Source: a virus
Taxonomy: Duplodnaviria > Caudoviricetes
Reading direction: 5' to 3' (one strand)
IMG/VR virus record: IMGVR_UViG_3300028888_000115
Span: 1-64,000 of that record
DNA: 64,000 nt
The first letter of the stretch is position 1. Each line of letters begins with the position of its first letter. The notes beneath the pieces are model-generated. The model did not search any database and was not told the origin of the DNA. It saw nothing but the letters and a program-made list of their open reading frames with translations. Shown in pieces: positions 26,603-36,665 of this stretch. The position numbers were made by a program, and so were the translations under genes.

Positions 26603-27245
26603 CGCACAGTTTATCTTTAACCAGACCTCCTCTGAGCGGAAACGAATTGGAAGAGGAGCCGCCGCGAGAAAGAACGGCGTCAAAAGCAAGAAGTGCAGCC
26701 TTCCGTCTGATCATCTGACGGCAGCGCAGAAAAAGAAGATGAACGGGGAGTGCAAGAAATACGATCTTTCAAAACCGATGAAATGGGACGTGTTTAAGAC
26801 GCTTCCCTGTGACTTGCAGTCGGAATACATCAAGAAACTGGCTGCGATGGGCGCGAGCAGATCCGATGTCTGCGACATGTTTAGCGTGAGGACGGAAACC
26901 TACTCCGAATACATGAACAAGCACCACAAGGGAGAACGGTTCTTCGACCGGAGCAAGACCGGGAACGGGAAGAATGACGCTTTCGTCGCGTGGTTTGTCG
27001 AGGAAGGAAACATCCAGACGGCGAAAGCGGGCCCGGAAGAGCCAAAAGTTGAACAGACAGCAGAGGAAAAACACGGGATCGCGGAAATCGGCCTCGCGAC
27101 CAAGATCGTCTCTCCTGTCCTTCAGTCCGGGAGCATGACCTTCGAGGGTCAGCCTGAAGCCGTATTTGCGCAGGTTATGACCATGATGAACGCAGGGGAA
27201 CGCTATCAGATCACGGTAAACTTTCAACTGAAAAGCATTTTGTAA
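26595..27245 (+). CDS. Conserved phage hypothetical protein
   Basis: SKKCSLPSDHLT..KMNGE motif. Confidence 0.7.
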   Translation: MGDAQFIFNQTSSERKRIGRGAAARKNGVKSKKCSLPSDHLTAAQKKKMNGECKKYDLSKPMKWDVFKTLPCDLQSEYIKKLAAMGASRSDVCDMFSVRTETYSEYMNKHHKGERFFDRSKTGNGKNDAFVAWFVEEGNIQTAKAGPEEPKVEQTAEEKHGIAEIGLATKIVSPVLQSGSMTFEGQPEAVFAQVMTMMNAGERYQITVNFQLKSIL

Positions 27246-27276
27246 ATGCTGTGCAGAATTCACAGAATTATACTCT

Positions 27277-27326
27277 AAAATTTGTACATATTGCGAATTG
27301 CAAATGTTCTAAAATTAGTGTATATT
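27277..27326 (+). promoter_or_regulatory. Conserved-box promoter P3
   Basis: AAAATTTGTACATATTGCGAA-TTGCAA-17bp-TATATT; CTAAAATTAG in spacer. Confidence 0.78.
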
Positions 27327-27393
27327 ATAGATGCTGGGGGCGGTCCTCAGCGGCCTTCGGGCCTTGGCTTTTGAGTGGAAAGTGAGGTTTCGG

Positions 27394-27849
27394 ATGCTCG
27401 ATAAAAACGGTGTGGAAATCAGGACCGGCGATGTGGTCCGCGTGAGCAACGCGTTCTTCGCGAATGACAACGGGACGTACTTGGTCGTTCACTCTGCCGG
27501 TGATCCGTCTTGGACCGGAAACGATCACTGCCTGTATCGGCTCCGCCGCGACGGAAAGATCAGCGCGAACAAGTACAAGACCGCCTTCTGGCCTCTTGGC
27601 GCTTGGACGAACGACAAGTTGAAGAACGCGGAAGCTCGGAAATGGAACGCGGAACACGCGGAAATCGAAGTGATTCCGTTCGAGAAGCGTGATGGCGCTC
27701 GGGATTACTTCGCGGAAAAGGCCGATGAGCTCGGCGAGTCCATCAAGCTCGATGTGTGGAAGGGCTGGGATGAGAACTGCGACTGGATCGTGAAGAACAA
27801 GAAAGCCAAGAGCTTCTACGAGTCGGTTGCGGCGCGTCTGGCTGCGTGA
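27394..27849 (+). CDS. Hypothetical protein with YopX-like N-terminus
   Basis: MLDKNGVEIRTGDVV. Confidence 0.7.
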   Translation: MLDKNGVEIRTGDVVRVSNAFFANDNGTYLVVHSAGDPSWTGNDHCLYRLRRDGKISANKYKTAFWPLGAWTNDKLKNAEARKWNAEHAEIEVIPFEKRDGARDYFAEKADELGESIKLDVWKGWDENCDWIVKNKKAKSFYESVAARLAA

Positions 27850-27860
27850 GGAGGTGCCTG

Positions 27861-28100
27861 ATGGAAAAGGAAAAGCTTCGCGACTTCTACATGAGCAAGT
27901 ATCCGACCGACAGCTACGGAGAGAGCATCGATCCGGATGCGGATTTTGAAGGCCTGTTCGAGACTCTGGACCATTACGGTGATGTTTATGAGTACATCGG
28001 CGTCGGAGACAGCATGATCCGGGAGGCCCTGTTTTCCCGTCTGGCGGAAATCATGGGCTGTGGGTACGATGTTGTGTATGAGCAGTGGCTTGCTGCCTGA
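27861..28100 (+). CDS. Small acidic protein
   Basis: GGAGGTG RBS. Confidence 0.7.
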   Translation: MEKEKLRDFYMSKYPTDSYGESIDPDADFEGLFETLDHYGDVYEYIGVGDSMIREALFSRLAEIMGCGYDVVYEQWLAA

Positions 28101-28113
28101 GAAAGGAGCCAAG

Positions 28114-28338
28114 ATGTTTGCGGTTTCTCTTGACAGGGTTCGCGGACGGTCGACGACCGGACAGTATTTCTACGGTGGAACGATGGAGTTCTCCAAGTTC
28201 GGAACGATGACGGAGGCAAAAGAGGAGGTATCCGACGCGTTCAAATCCGGATACTTCAATCATGCGAGGATCTATGACCAGAGCGACAGGACGGAGATTG
28301 AAAGGTTCTCCGGTGGTGAGTGGACAAAGGTCTGCTGA
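28114..28338 (+). CDS. Hypothetical protein
   Basis: AAAGGAG RBS. Confidence 0.65.
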   Translation: MFAVSLDRVRGRSTTGQYFYGGTMEFSKFGTMTEAKEEVSDAFKSGYFNHARIYDQSDRTEIERFSGGEWTKVC

Positions 28339-28352
28339 GAAAGGAGATTGTG

Positions 28353-28919
28353 ATGGGTTGGACTTTCTATCACGTTGACAGTTGGGATCTGGACAGGAAA
28401 GCGGAAATCGACAAGAAGTTCAACTGGGAAGAGGACGGACAGAGCGTCAAGGTCCTGAAGTCCGCGATGGTCGGTTCGACTTGGTACGGAGCTCTTCGAG
28501 TGGACAACGGCGAGAGCGTTGAAGTGACTGCAGAGGTTGTTCTGACGTCAATGAAGAGTCGAGACTACTTCAACTTCGGATACAAAGCGATGAGCGAGAC
28601 GGTCGGGCCTGGCGAGTCGAAGTGTCCTGCTGGAATTCTGAAGATGCTGACTCCGACAGACTCGGAATTTGCGAAGGCGTGGCGCGAGCGCTGCTGGAAG
28701 TATCACGAGTCAAAGAAGAGTCCGGACGCGCTGAAAAATCTTCCTTATGGGGCCGAGATCCGCTTCAAGTGGGGCAACAGGGAAGTCGAGGTTGTCAAGC
28801 GTGCGCCGCGATATCAGTTCAAGACCGATTGGTGGCAGGTCAAGGGCGAGAAACAGTACTGGGCGAAGAAGAGAATTCCGAGTGAGTACGTGGTGGTTTC
28901 GAGAGGGGAGGCCGCGTGA
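28353..28919 (+). CDS. DUF6927-like protein
   Basis: VLKSAMVGSTWYGA...FGYKAMSETVGP..CPAGILKMLTPT..AKAWRERC. Confidence 0.7.
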   Translation: MGWTFYHVDSWDLDRKAEIDKKFNWEEDGQSVKVLKSAMVGSTWYGALRVDNGESVEVTAEVVLTSMKSRDYFNFGYKAMSETVGPGESKCPAGILKMLTPTDSEFAKAWRERCWKYHESKKSPDALKNLPYGAEIRFKWGNREVEVVKRAPRYQFKTDWWQVKGEKQYWAKKRIPSEYVVVSRGEAA

Positions 28920-29134
28920 TGGCTGAGACAAAGATTGATGTCAACGACTTCTATACGAGGCGAATTCGCGACTACGCACTGGCTGATCCGGAGACACGCA
29001 AAAAGAGCATGGCACATTGGCTTGAGTGCTATGCGGACGAATTTGCGAAGGGCAGATTCGACGAGCACAGCGCAAGGGTGATCGCCAACATGGCTCTGGT
29101 GGACGCTGGCCTTGTGACACTGGAAGAAGAGTGA
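28916..29134 (+). CDS. Hypothetical protein
   Basis: GGGGAGG RBS. Confidence 0.65.
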   Translation: MMAETKIDVNDFYTRRIRDYALADPETRKKSMAHWLECYADEFAKGRFDEHSARVIANMALVDAGLVTLEEE

Positions 29135-29149
29135 AGGGGGGTGCTGTGA

Positions 29150-29782
29150 TTGATCAGAACGGTTGCACATCAGGAACTTGGCGGCGGGTATGCGATGGGA
29201 CCGAGATATACGGTGGATACCGCAGAACTGGAACCGGGCGTGTTTGAGACAATGGTTTTGAGAAACATGCCGTTCGGTGATGCGGATGAAATGGACTGCA
29301 AGCGGACGGACAATGAGGTCCAAGCGCAGCAGGACTTCCGAGAACTGCTGATGAAGTACGCAGGGAAGACCCAGAACGCCTTCCTGAAGGCCGACATGAA
29401 GCCCGGAGGGCGGTACACAATCTTCCGCCTGAATGAATTCGGCTGGCCGGTTGCGCAGAAGATCACGTTTGAGAGCATGGAGCTTACGACCTACGCCCAG
29501 CACTGGGACACGGTTGCTCTCACGTATCGAGGGGCACGGAAGCAGAGATCCGAGAAACAGTTTTTCTTCCATGGAAGCTTCGCTATCTGTGAGGGATGGC
29601 AGGACCTTCCTGAAAATTTTGGTCAGGAAGTGCTTAAAAGCACTCGTAGCGTGACAATCAGTAAATCCAAGTACGGATGCTTCGACAGCCGGTACTTTGA
29701 GGATATCAAGAAGATCCTGAAAAACGTGCTTGTGGTGCTGGAAGACTACCAGACCGGTGCAGACGGCAAGGTGTATGCATGA
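29150..29782 (+). CDS. Hypothetical protein
   Basis: VDTAELEPGVFETMV motif. Confidence 0.7.
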   Translation: MIRTVAHQELGGGYAMGPRYTVDTAELEPGVFETMVLRNMPFGDADEMDCKRTDNEVQAQQDFRELLMKYAGKTQNAFLKADMKPGGRYTIFRLNEFGWPVAQKITFESMELTTYAQHWDTVALTYRGARKQRSEKQFFFHGSFAICEGWQDLPENFGQEVLKSTRSVTISKSKYGCFDSRYFEDIKKILKNVLVVLEDYQTGADGKVYA

Positions 29783-29943
29783 TGCGGTATGCGGTCTATC
29801 GTCGGTTCTTCCGATGCCCGATCTGCGGAAACGTGACGACTGCGACGAAGAGAAGGGATAGAATGACGCCGCGAGGACACCGGAAAAACATGTGGTGCTG
29901 GAAGTGCCAGAAGGTTGTAAACCATATCCAGATCAGCAGATGA
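29779..29943 (+). CDS. Zinc ribbon protein resembling ribosomal protein L33 (54 aa)
   Basis: Hand-translated: FRCPICGNVTTATKRRDRMTPRGHRKNMWCWKCQKVVNHIQ; ATGA overlaps at both ends. Confidence 0.65.
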   Translation: MMRYAVYRRFFRCPICGNVTTATKRRDRMTPRGHRKNMWCWKCQKVVNHIQISR

Positions 29944-31907
29944 TGGGGGTGCGATTTTTGACTCTTTACTGTTCGGAAAGACGGATGGAGAACGGCAAGC
30001 GTATTGTTGACGTTATCGTGGACGGCGGCAAGGCAAAGCTTTTTCTCGTGGAAAACACCTCATGGGGCAAGCCGGTCTTTACTGTATATCTCCTGAGGAA
30101 AGGAAAGAGCGCATGGGGTAATGCATCGTATATCGACGGCGAACGCCTGTTCGATGCGAAAACCATTGCAGAGGCCAAGAGAAAGATAGCCAAATACATC
30201 GCAAACAACCCGGGACTGCTGGAAGAGGACGAACAGGAGACGGCAAACGTCGCCTATCTGCCTGCGGGAGACGGAAAAGACTTCTATCCGACGCCGGATA
30301 ATCTGGCTGGAAAACTGATTGCCGGTGTAGACTGGAAGGGCGTAAAGGAAATTCTTGAGCCGTCTGCCGGTAAAGGGGATCTGGTGGAAGCGGTACAGAA
30401 GATGACAGAGCAGTACAAGTACTGTGAGACCGTGCGCGGCGCTTCCAAAGGTGGAAAGAAGGAATTCGACGTTGTCGAACTGGACTATAACCTGCGTCTG
30501 ATCCTCAGAGGAAAGGGAATGCGTCTGGTCGGAGACGACTTTCTCGAATTCCGGACCAACAAACGCTATGACCTGATTATCATGAACCCGCCGTTTTCTG
30601 AGGGGGCAAAACATCTGCTGCATGCGATTGAGCTCCAGAAGGAAGGCGGGCAGATTGCGTGCCTGCTGAATGCGGAGACGATCCGGAACCCGTATACCAA
30701 TGAACGAAAGCTTCTGAAGAGCCTGCTGGCGAAATATGAGGCACGGATTGAATTTGTGCAGAACGCATTTGCAGACGCGCAGCGGAAAACCGGCGTGGAG
30801 GTGGCGGTGATCCACCTGAATATTCCGAAGACAGCAAGGGCGGAGTCCAATATCTTTGAAGGAGCGCGGAAAGCGGAGGAGCAGGATTTTGAGAACATCC
30901 GGAAGGATGACGGGCAGATGGTCATTGCGGACGATATTCTGAGCCTGATCGAGTACTTCAACGTAGAAGCCAGAGCCGGAATTGAGTTCATGAAGACCTA
31001 CGACGCCCTGATGCCGCATATCATGGCTGGCGAAGACGGATACGGGGCCTTGATCGAGCTTGTGGTCGGCAAGAGCACGTTCCGGGGAATGACCAACGAG
31101 ATTGTCAACAACTATCTCCGCAGCCTGCGCCTGAAATACTGGAATCTGCTTCTGGACAGGCCGCAGCTTCGTGAAAAGATGACATCACAGATGCAGGCTG
31201 ACTACCACTCGAAGGTGACTGAGATGGAGGAGTATGACTTCAATAAGCACAATGTCATGCAGGTTTTCTACGACATCCAGATTCAACTGCAGCAGGGGAT
31301 CGAAGACTCCATCATGAAGCTTTTCTCCAAACTCAGCGAAGAGCACTCATGGAGCCGGGAAGTGCAGAACGACAACATCCATTACTTCAACGGATGGGCC
31401 ACAAACAAGGCGTGGAAGGTTGGCATGAAGGTGATTCTCCCGATCAACGGCTTCCGGTCCTTCGGATGGTCCGCCGAAAAGCTGGATGAGTACGATATCG
31501 TGAAGACGATCTCCGATATGGAGAGAAGCCTGACTTACCTTGACAAGGGCGAAATCGGGTGGCAGAGAGACCCGTATAACGTGATTCACATGGCAAACGA
31601 ACTCGGAAACCAGAGAGCGGAACTGGACTTCACATACTTCACTGTCAAGTTCTACAAGAAGGGGACCTGCCATATCAAGTTCCGGAAAGAGGCAGAGCCG
31701 ATTGTTGACCGGCTGAACATCTATGCCGCGAGGCAGCGGAACTGGCTTCCTCCGTCCTATGGAAGAAAGAAGTACAGAGACATGGACGAAAAGGAACGCG
31801 CTGTCATCGACGACTTCCAGGGCGAGGCAGAATATGAGAAGGTCATGGCGAACCCGGGCATGTATGTGATCGAGGCGGCGCAGATGACGCCGCTGCTGGC
31901 GGGGTGA
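29940..31907 (+). CDS. DUF4942-type adenine DNA methyltransferase
   Basis: DFYPTP, ILEPSAGKGDL, IIMNPPF, VKFYKKGTCHIKF; start may be TTG 29958. Confidence 0.88.
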   Translation: MMGVRFLTLYCSERRMENGKRIVDVIVDGGKAKLFLVENTSWGKPVFTVYLLRKGKSAWGNASYIDGERLFDAKTIAEAKRKIAKYIANNPGLLEEDEQETANVAYLPAGDGKDFYPTPDNLAGKLIAGVDWKGVKEILEPSAGKGDLVEAVQKMTEQYKYCETVRGASKGGKKEFDVVELDYNLRLILRGKGMRLVGDDFLEFRTNKRYDLIIMNPPFSEGAKHLLHAIELQKEGGQIACLLNAETIRNPYTNERKLLKSLLAKYEARIEFVQNAFADAQRKTGVEVAVIHLNIPKTARAESNIFEGARKAEEQDFENIRKDDGQMVIADDILSLIEYFNVEARAGIEFMKTYDALMPHIMAGEDGYGALIELVVGKSTFRGMTNEIVNNYLRSLRLKYWNLLLDRPQLREKMTSQMQADYHSKVTEMEEYDFNKHNVMQVFYDIQIQLQQGIEDSIMKLFSKLSEEHSWSREVQNDNIHYFNGWATNKAWKVGMKVILPINGFRSFGWSAEKLDEYDIVKTISDMERSLTYLDKGEIGWQRDPYNVIHMANELGNQRAELDFTYFTVKFYKKGTCHIKFRKEAEPIVDRLNIYAARQRNWLPPSYGRKKYRDMDEKERAVIDDFQGEAEYEKVMANPGMYVIEAAQMTPLLAG

Positions 31908-31911
31908 TGCG

Positions 31912-32145
31912 GTGAGCAAATATCAAGGCTGCGACGGATGCAATCTTATTCCATGTGGAAAGACAAAACTTGCAAAGAAATATTGCCCATACAGGCTGCA
32001 CAGGATGCAGGCATATAGTCCAATGATGCCGAGGGCAGAAGATCCTGCAAAATGGGCAGACTGCGAAAGTGAGGAAAATGATGGACAAATTGATGCTTAC
32101 GGCGGGTGCAGTGCTCACAACGATCGGAATCTACCTGATGTTTGA
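31912..32145 (+). CDS. Small Cys-containing hypothetical protein
   Basis: CDGC motif; ORF track. Confidence 0.45.
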   Translation: MSKYQGCDGCNLIPCGKTKLAKKYCPYRLHRMQAYSPMMPRAEDPAKWADCESEENDGQIDAYGGCSAHNDRNLPDV

Positions 32146-32224
32146 GGGTCACAAATCGGCTGGATGCGGATGCATGAGCGCCGGTCTCGTACTTCTTCAT
32201 CAGAAATATCCGGAGGGCTTCTGA
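32078..32224 (+). CDS. Small membrane protein
   Basis: GAGG RBS; MMDKLMLTAGAVLTTIGIYLMF. Confidence 0.5.
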   Translation: MMDKLMLTAGAVLTTIGIYLMFEGHKSAGCGCMSAGLVLLHQKYPEGF

Positions 32225-32388
32225 TGAAAACTCCACAGATCGTGTTAATAGCGCTGTATTCCTTGAGCCTTGGAATTTCAATGGCCAAACATGGTAAACC
32301 GCGAGAACCGTATAATTTCTGGACCAGCTTTCTTGCGGTAATCATCGAGGTGGCGATTCTATGGTGGGGAGGATTTTGGAGAACATGA
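32224..32388 (+). CDS. Small membrane protein
   Basis: MKTPQIVLIALY...KHGKPREPYNFW...LWWGGFW. Confidence 0.7.
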   Translation: MKTPQIVLIALYSLSLGISMAKHGKPREPYNFWTSFLAVIIEVAILWWGGFWRT

Positions 32389-33068
32389 GAACTGGGTATA
32401 TCAGCAAGGACGCGGCACTCAAAATCGCAATGATCGCCGTTGTGCCATATATTTTTTCCACGGAAAAATTCCAAGAATTTTGCACAGGGATCGAAAAGCT
32501 CGTTCGAGACTATCCGGAAGAGCCGGTGAACTGTAAGACGAGTAAAGAACTTCATGACTTTGTTGCAAGTTTAAGAAGAGAGGCCAGCGACGACAAAGGA
32601 CTGTACGGATGCTGCGCCGACATCATCGAAGCACTCTGCATAGAACTTGACCGGAAAAATGAGGTTATCGATTCTATGCGAAACTGGACGCCTGCTTCAG
32701 AGGGAAAGCCGCCACTCTATGAAGATGTCCTCGTGACCGATGGGGAAGACTATGCGGTCGGCTTCTGGAGAGATGATGCCAAAGCGTGGGATAGCTGCAA
32801 TTTTGGGTGGCTGGAAAACAGGCAGGAACCTCCGTGCGGCATAAAAACAGTCACACACTGGGTCAAACTTCCGGACCTTCCAAAGTTGGAAGCAAAAGGA
32901 ACGGAACCGCGAAACTGCTATAACTGCGAATATGGCGATGATGGAGACAGCGAATTTGGGCTAAACATTGCCGGTCACTGCTGGAAACATAACGGCGAGG
33001 TTGATTTTGAACAGCCTCCAAAGATGAGCGGATGCGATGAGTGGAAGAAGAGGTCTCCCGATGATTGA
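32385..33068 (+). CDS. DUF551-containing protein
   Basis: WTPASEGKPPLYEDVLVTDG...VTHWVKLP. Confidence 0.7.
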   Translation: MRTGYISKDAALKIAMIAVVPYIFSTEKFQEFCTGIEKLVRDYPEEPVNCKTSKELHDFVASLRREASDDKGLYGCCADIIEALCIELDRKNEVIDSMRNWTPASEGKPPLYEDVLVTDGEDYAVGFWRDDAKAWDSCNFGWLENRQEPPCGIKTVTHWVKLPDLPKLEAKGTEPRNCYNCEYGDDGDSEFGLNIAGHCWKHNGEVDFEQPPKMSGCDEWKKRSPDD

Positions 33069-33444
33069 AGCATGTTCAGACTGCAAATTCGGACCTAAAT
33101 CCAATAAATGGCCTTGTATCGATTGTCTGGAACACGACCGCAGCGAACCGATTGTTCAGATTAAGAAAACGAACACCTACATCGAACATGAGATTGTTGT
33201 AGACGGAAAGGTAATCGGAACCGCAGAGATCGAACCGAATGAAAAAGAACTGTCCAGACTGACCATTTTTGAGCCGTATCAGAATCATGGATATGGGACG
33301 CGGGTGATCAAGAGTCTGATTGCCCGATACGGGATTCAGACACTTTGGGTGAGGTCAGACAACGAGCGAGCAATCCACGTTTATGAAAAATGCGGATTCG
33401 TGAGATCCAAAGAAACAATGTTTCAAATGACAATTAAGGAGTAA
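33061..33444 (+). CDS. GNAT acetyltransferase
   Basis: IFEPYQNHGYGT...VRSDNERAIHVYEKCGF. Confidence 0.85.
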   Translation: MIEACSDCKFGPKSNKWPCIDCLEHDRSEPIVQIKKTNTYIEHEIVVDGKVIGTAEIEPNEKELSRLTIFEPYQNHGYGTRVIKSLIARYGIQTLWVRSDNERAIHVYEKCGFVRSKETMFQMTIKE

Positions 33445-33448
33445 AAAC

Positions 33449-33607
33449 ATGGTTTATTTATTCGTTCTTGCAATTTTCGTGACCGTTTGGTTTGGGTCTA
33501 TCAACTTTACAAAGCTTGTCGGTAGAGAACCGATCCCGGCAATGAACTTCGTCATCATGGCTGCGGCGATCACGGCTGTCATCACTCGGCTTATAGGCCT
33601 GTGGTAA
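33449..33607 (+). CDS. Small two-TM membrane protein
   Basis: AAGGAG RBS; MVYLFVLAIFVTVWFGSINF. Confidence 0.6.
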   Translation: MVYLFVLAIFVTVWFGSINFTKLVGREPIPAMNFVIMAAAITAVITRLIGLW

Positions 33608-33632
33608 TCGTGTCAATTGGAGGAGAATAAAA

Positions 33633-34241
33633 ATGGCAACAGGATATACATGCTTCATCGAGGACGGAAAGATCACAACGGCAAAGGGTTTTCTTTTGCT
33701 GTGTGCCAGAGCATTCGGCGCGTGCATTGAAATGAGGGATGAGCCACTGTCGGAACCTATCCCGGAGAAGTTCAATGGGGATGACACTTACCGGCTCTGG
33801 CTTGAAGATGCCAAAACGAAGCTCTCGAAGCTGAAAGCCCTGTCGCAGGACGAGGTGCATGCAGCTAATGAGGCTGAGTACCGAAAGCACGTAGACAGAT
33901 GGAAAGCGGGACTGAAAGAAAGAGAAGAAAAACGTCAGGCCTATTTATCTGTGCTGGATGGCGTTCAAAAGTGGACTCCGCCCACACAGGACCATGAAGG
34001 AGTGAAGATTTTCGCTCTTGATCAGATAAATATGTGTCTGAAAGACCTGCAACAGATGGATAAGTTCACGGAAGAACCCGTCAAAGAGTCGGACGAAGAA
34101 TGGCTGAGCACTCATATCAAGTACTGCGAATATGATATAAGACGCTATGAACAGCAAGTCGAAGAAGAGGAGCAGCGAACGGCTTCACGAAATCTGTGGC
34201 TCAGAGAACTGAGAGAAAGTCTGGACCGATTGGAGGAATGA
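33633..34241 (+). CDS. Conserved phage hypothetical protein
   Basis: MATGYTCFIEDG...FLLLCARAFGACIEMRD. Confidence 0.75.
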   Translation: MATGYTCFIEDGKITTAKGFLLLCARAFGACIEMRDEPLSEPIPEKFNGDDTYRLWLEDAKTKLSKLKALSQDEVHAANEAEYRKHVDRWKAGLKEREEKRQAYLSVLDGVQKWTPPTQDHEGVKIFALDQINMCLKDLQQMDKFTEEPVKESDEEWLSTHIKYCEYDIRRYEQQVEEEEQRTASRNLWLRELRESLDRLEE

Positions 34242-34247
34242 GAACAG

Positions 34248-34919
34248 ATGGTAAGCGTTACACCGGTGAACGATCTGTCCGCAAGGTCCTGTAATTGCTG
34301 CACCGAGAAGGCGGATATCGAGATCCATTTTGCCAACTGGAACAACACAAGGGACTCGGTCATAGTCTTGTGCAATCGGTGTGCAAGCGATCTGAAGAGG
34401 AGACTGCGAGATGACACACTTGAACCGTGCAACATCGTTTGTCCGAACTGCGGCAATGGAAACTATATGCGACATCTCGTTGGCAACGATGTTGGAAGGC
34501 TGGATTTGAAGTGCATAAACTGCAATTCATATTTCAACTTCTGGGAAATTCATGATCTTCAAAAAATGCGAGCCAGTGCCGCCGAAGGAGGAAACGTGAC
34601 GGGCTTGAAATCACTCTGGCCGGAGCAGAGGATCATTGCGGTCTATGTGAAAACCCTTCCGGAATGCTGTACAGCCTGCAATTATCAGTATGTCACGGAC
34701 GGCGACGATGGAGATTTGGTCTTCGGTTGCGACTTCCTGGGACCATCGTCAGAAACAAAGTTCCCGGATGATTTCGGGAGACGCCCTTGCTGCCCAATGA
34801 AAAAGGCAACGAAACGGATAAAAAAGACGGCGATCCGGTGCCGAGGGAGGAAACATAATGTTTGGACACGATCCAATAACAGAGGCATATCTATTAAGGG
34901 AAGATCCATATTGGTATGA
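34248..34919 (+). CDS. Cys-rich hypothetical protein (possibly two genes in frame)
   Basis: Multiple CxxC; internal GGAGG plus GTG. Confidence 0.55.
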   Translation: MVSVTPVNDLSARSCNCCTEKADIEIHFANWNNTRDSVIVLCNRCASDLKRRLRDDTLEPCNIVCPNCGNGNYMRHLVGNDVGRLDLKCINCNSYFNFWEIHDLQKMRASAAEGGNVTGLKSLWPEQRIIAVYVKTLPECCTACNYQYVTDGDDGDLVFGCDFLGPSSETKFPDDFGRRPCCPMKKATKRIKKTAIRCRGRKHNVWTRSNNRGISIKGRSILV

Positions 34920-34985
34920 CAAGTGGGAAGAACTGAGAGTTAAATATGAGCGAAGTGTGGGAAACAGCAAGCAGCCGAAGGAGAA

Positions 34986-35225
34986 ATGAGTATTTTAATA
35001 GAAGGCCTTACACTGCCAAAAAATGATGACGGAACATATTTTATTCCGTCATACGAAGTCAGAGGCGTTGAAATTGGTGCAGTTGTTATGACGCTGATGA
35101 TTGACCAAAAAACGCAAAAACTGCGCGTGCAACTTTGGGGTAGCGATAATCCTTACGGTCTCGTTGATTCGTATCCGTGTTCAGAATTGCAGACTATCAT
35201 CCCGGCAAGTGGAACGGAGGAATGA
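34986..35225 (+). CDS. Paralog triplet member 1
   Basis: MSILIEGLTLPK...TIIPAS. Confidence 0.7.
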   Translation: MSILIEGLTLPKNDDGTYFIPSYEVRGVEIGAVVMTLMIDQKTQKLRVQLWGSDNPYGLVDSYPCSELQTIIPASGTEE

Positions 35226-35506
35226 GTGTGAATATCTATATTCCCAACATTAAACTACCGAAAGATGAACCGGGTGCTTTTCAAGTCATTGTCCTGTATG
35301 TCGGGGCTGACGGGAAACTCAGAGCAGAATGTAATGGAACACATGAAGTTACTGTTGTCCCGCCTCATGGGCGGCTTGGCGATCTGGATGCACCGATTTC
35401 ATTAATTGACACACGCGGCGAAAAAGTTGAAGTAACGGTTGCACACATCATAGAAAAGAATCGGGGAATCGTTAAAGCCGTCGTCCCCGCAAGTGAGGAG
35501 GAATGA
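35222..35506 (+). CDS. Paralog triplet member 2
   Basis: IYIPNIKLPK...VPPHGRLGD...VVPAS. Confidence 0.7.
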   Translation: MSVNIYIPNIKLPKDEPGAFQVIVLYVGADGKLRAECNGTHEVTVVPPHGRLGDLDAPISLIDTRGEKVEVTVAHIIEKNRGIVKAVVPASEEE

Positions 35507-35823
35507 ACATGGGAATTTATCTACCTAACATGGAGATGCCGAAGGAAACAACCTTGATTTCTATTGGACCTGGCGGGACAGTTGAGATTCACAGAAATGA
35601 TGATCTCACATGGGTGCCTCTGAAAGAAAAAGCCGTCCCCGTCCCACCGCATGGGCGGATGATCGACGAAAGTGAGTTCTTCGCACGCCTTGACGATGGA
35701 ATAAAAACAATTTCGTCGCTTGCGCTTCCGGAAGATTTTGTAGCGGTGTATACGCAACTGGTGAAAGAGGTCAAAGAGGAAATCGGGAAGTGCCGAACAA
35801 TTATACCGGCAGAGGAGGGCTGA
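35503..35823 (+). CDS. Paralog triplet member 3
   Basis: IYLPNMEMPK...VPPHGRMID...TIIPA. Confidence 0.7.
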   Translation: MNMGIYLPNMEMPKETTLISIGPGGTVEIHRNDDLTWVPLKEKAVPVPPHGRMIDESEFFARLDDGIKTISSLALPEDFVAVYTQLVKEVKEEIGKCRTIIPAEEG

Positions 35824-36073
35824 AATGTTTCATTACTACGAAGTTATTGAATTTTACCCTTATCCTACGGCTTGCGGCTATCGCTGTTGGGATGGGAAAG
35901 AGTGGCGCGATTGCGACAAGCACGGGAGGCCGTATGAAAGAAAGTGAAAAATGGCTTGCATTGTGTGACCCGCATTGCCCGTTTAGGAGACATTTCCCGA
36001 GCTGCGTATGCTGTGATATAGCGTTGGAATACAGGCGGTGCAAATCCGAAGAACAGGAAGAGGAGGGCGAGTG

Positions 36074-36661
36074 ATGGGCTACAGACACTACCTGTACGCA
36101 GTAGACAAAGAATTGGTCGGTAAGATCAGAAAGTGCAAAACGAAAGAAGAGCTTGTCACGCTTATGAAGACCGAGGCTCCGGACAGCGTGTCAGACGGAA
36201 GCGAAGATGAAGACAGCTATGTCCGGCTGTACGATATCGGGAAAAAGCTCTTCGAGTTTGGGAAGTACTATCCGAATGCCGATAATATGTACGAACATGG
36301 TGACAGCCTGTTCACTTCCGATGAGCTCAACAAAAAGTATGCGGACTATGGCGCGATTATCATAGACCCCGATGGCCTGAAATGCGCAATAGACTGGTGC
36401 CGACAGTATGTTGTGGAGATCTATGAAGACCTGCTGAGAGAAAAATCCGTTGATCCTTTCGATGACCGAAGTCAGGAACTACGGATGCGGGACCATGCGG
36501 AGAGCTACCTGAGATGGTGGAAGTACGATCCGGCCAATATGGACATGTCCAGTGAGAACATCGTCAGTTCATGGCTGTATGAGCACGAATACTTTGAACT
36601 TGTCCGGATCTATAAAACCTTCGACTGGGGCAAGAGTCAAATTATGTTTATGGGGTGGTGA
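36074..36661 (+). CDS. Conserved phage hypothetical protein
   Basis: MGYRHY...SWLYEHEYFELVRIYKTFDW. Confidence 0.75.
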   Translation: MGYRHYLYAVDKELVGKIRKCKTKEELVTLMKTEAPDSVSDGSEDEDSYVRLYDIGKKLFEFGKYYPNADNMYEHGDSLFTSDELNKKYADYGAIIIDPDGLKCAIDWCRQYVVEIYEDLLREKSVDPFDDRSQELRMRDHAESYLRWWKYDPANMDMSSENIVSSWLYEHEYFELVRIYKTFDWGKSQIMFMGW

Positions 36662-36665
36662 TCGT

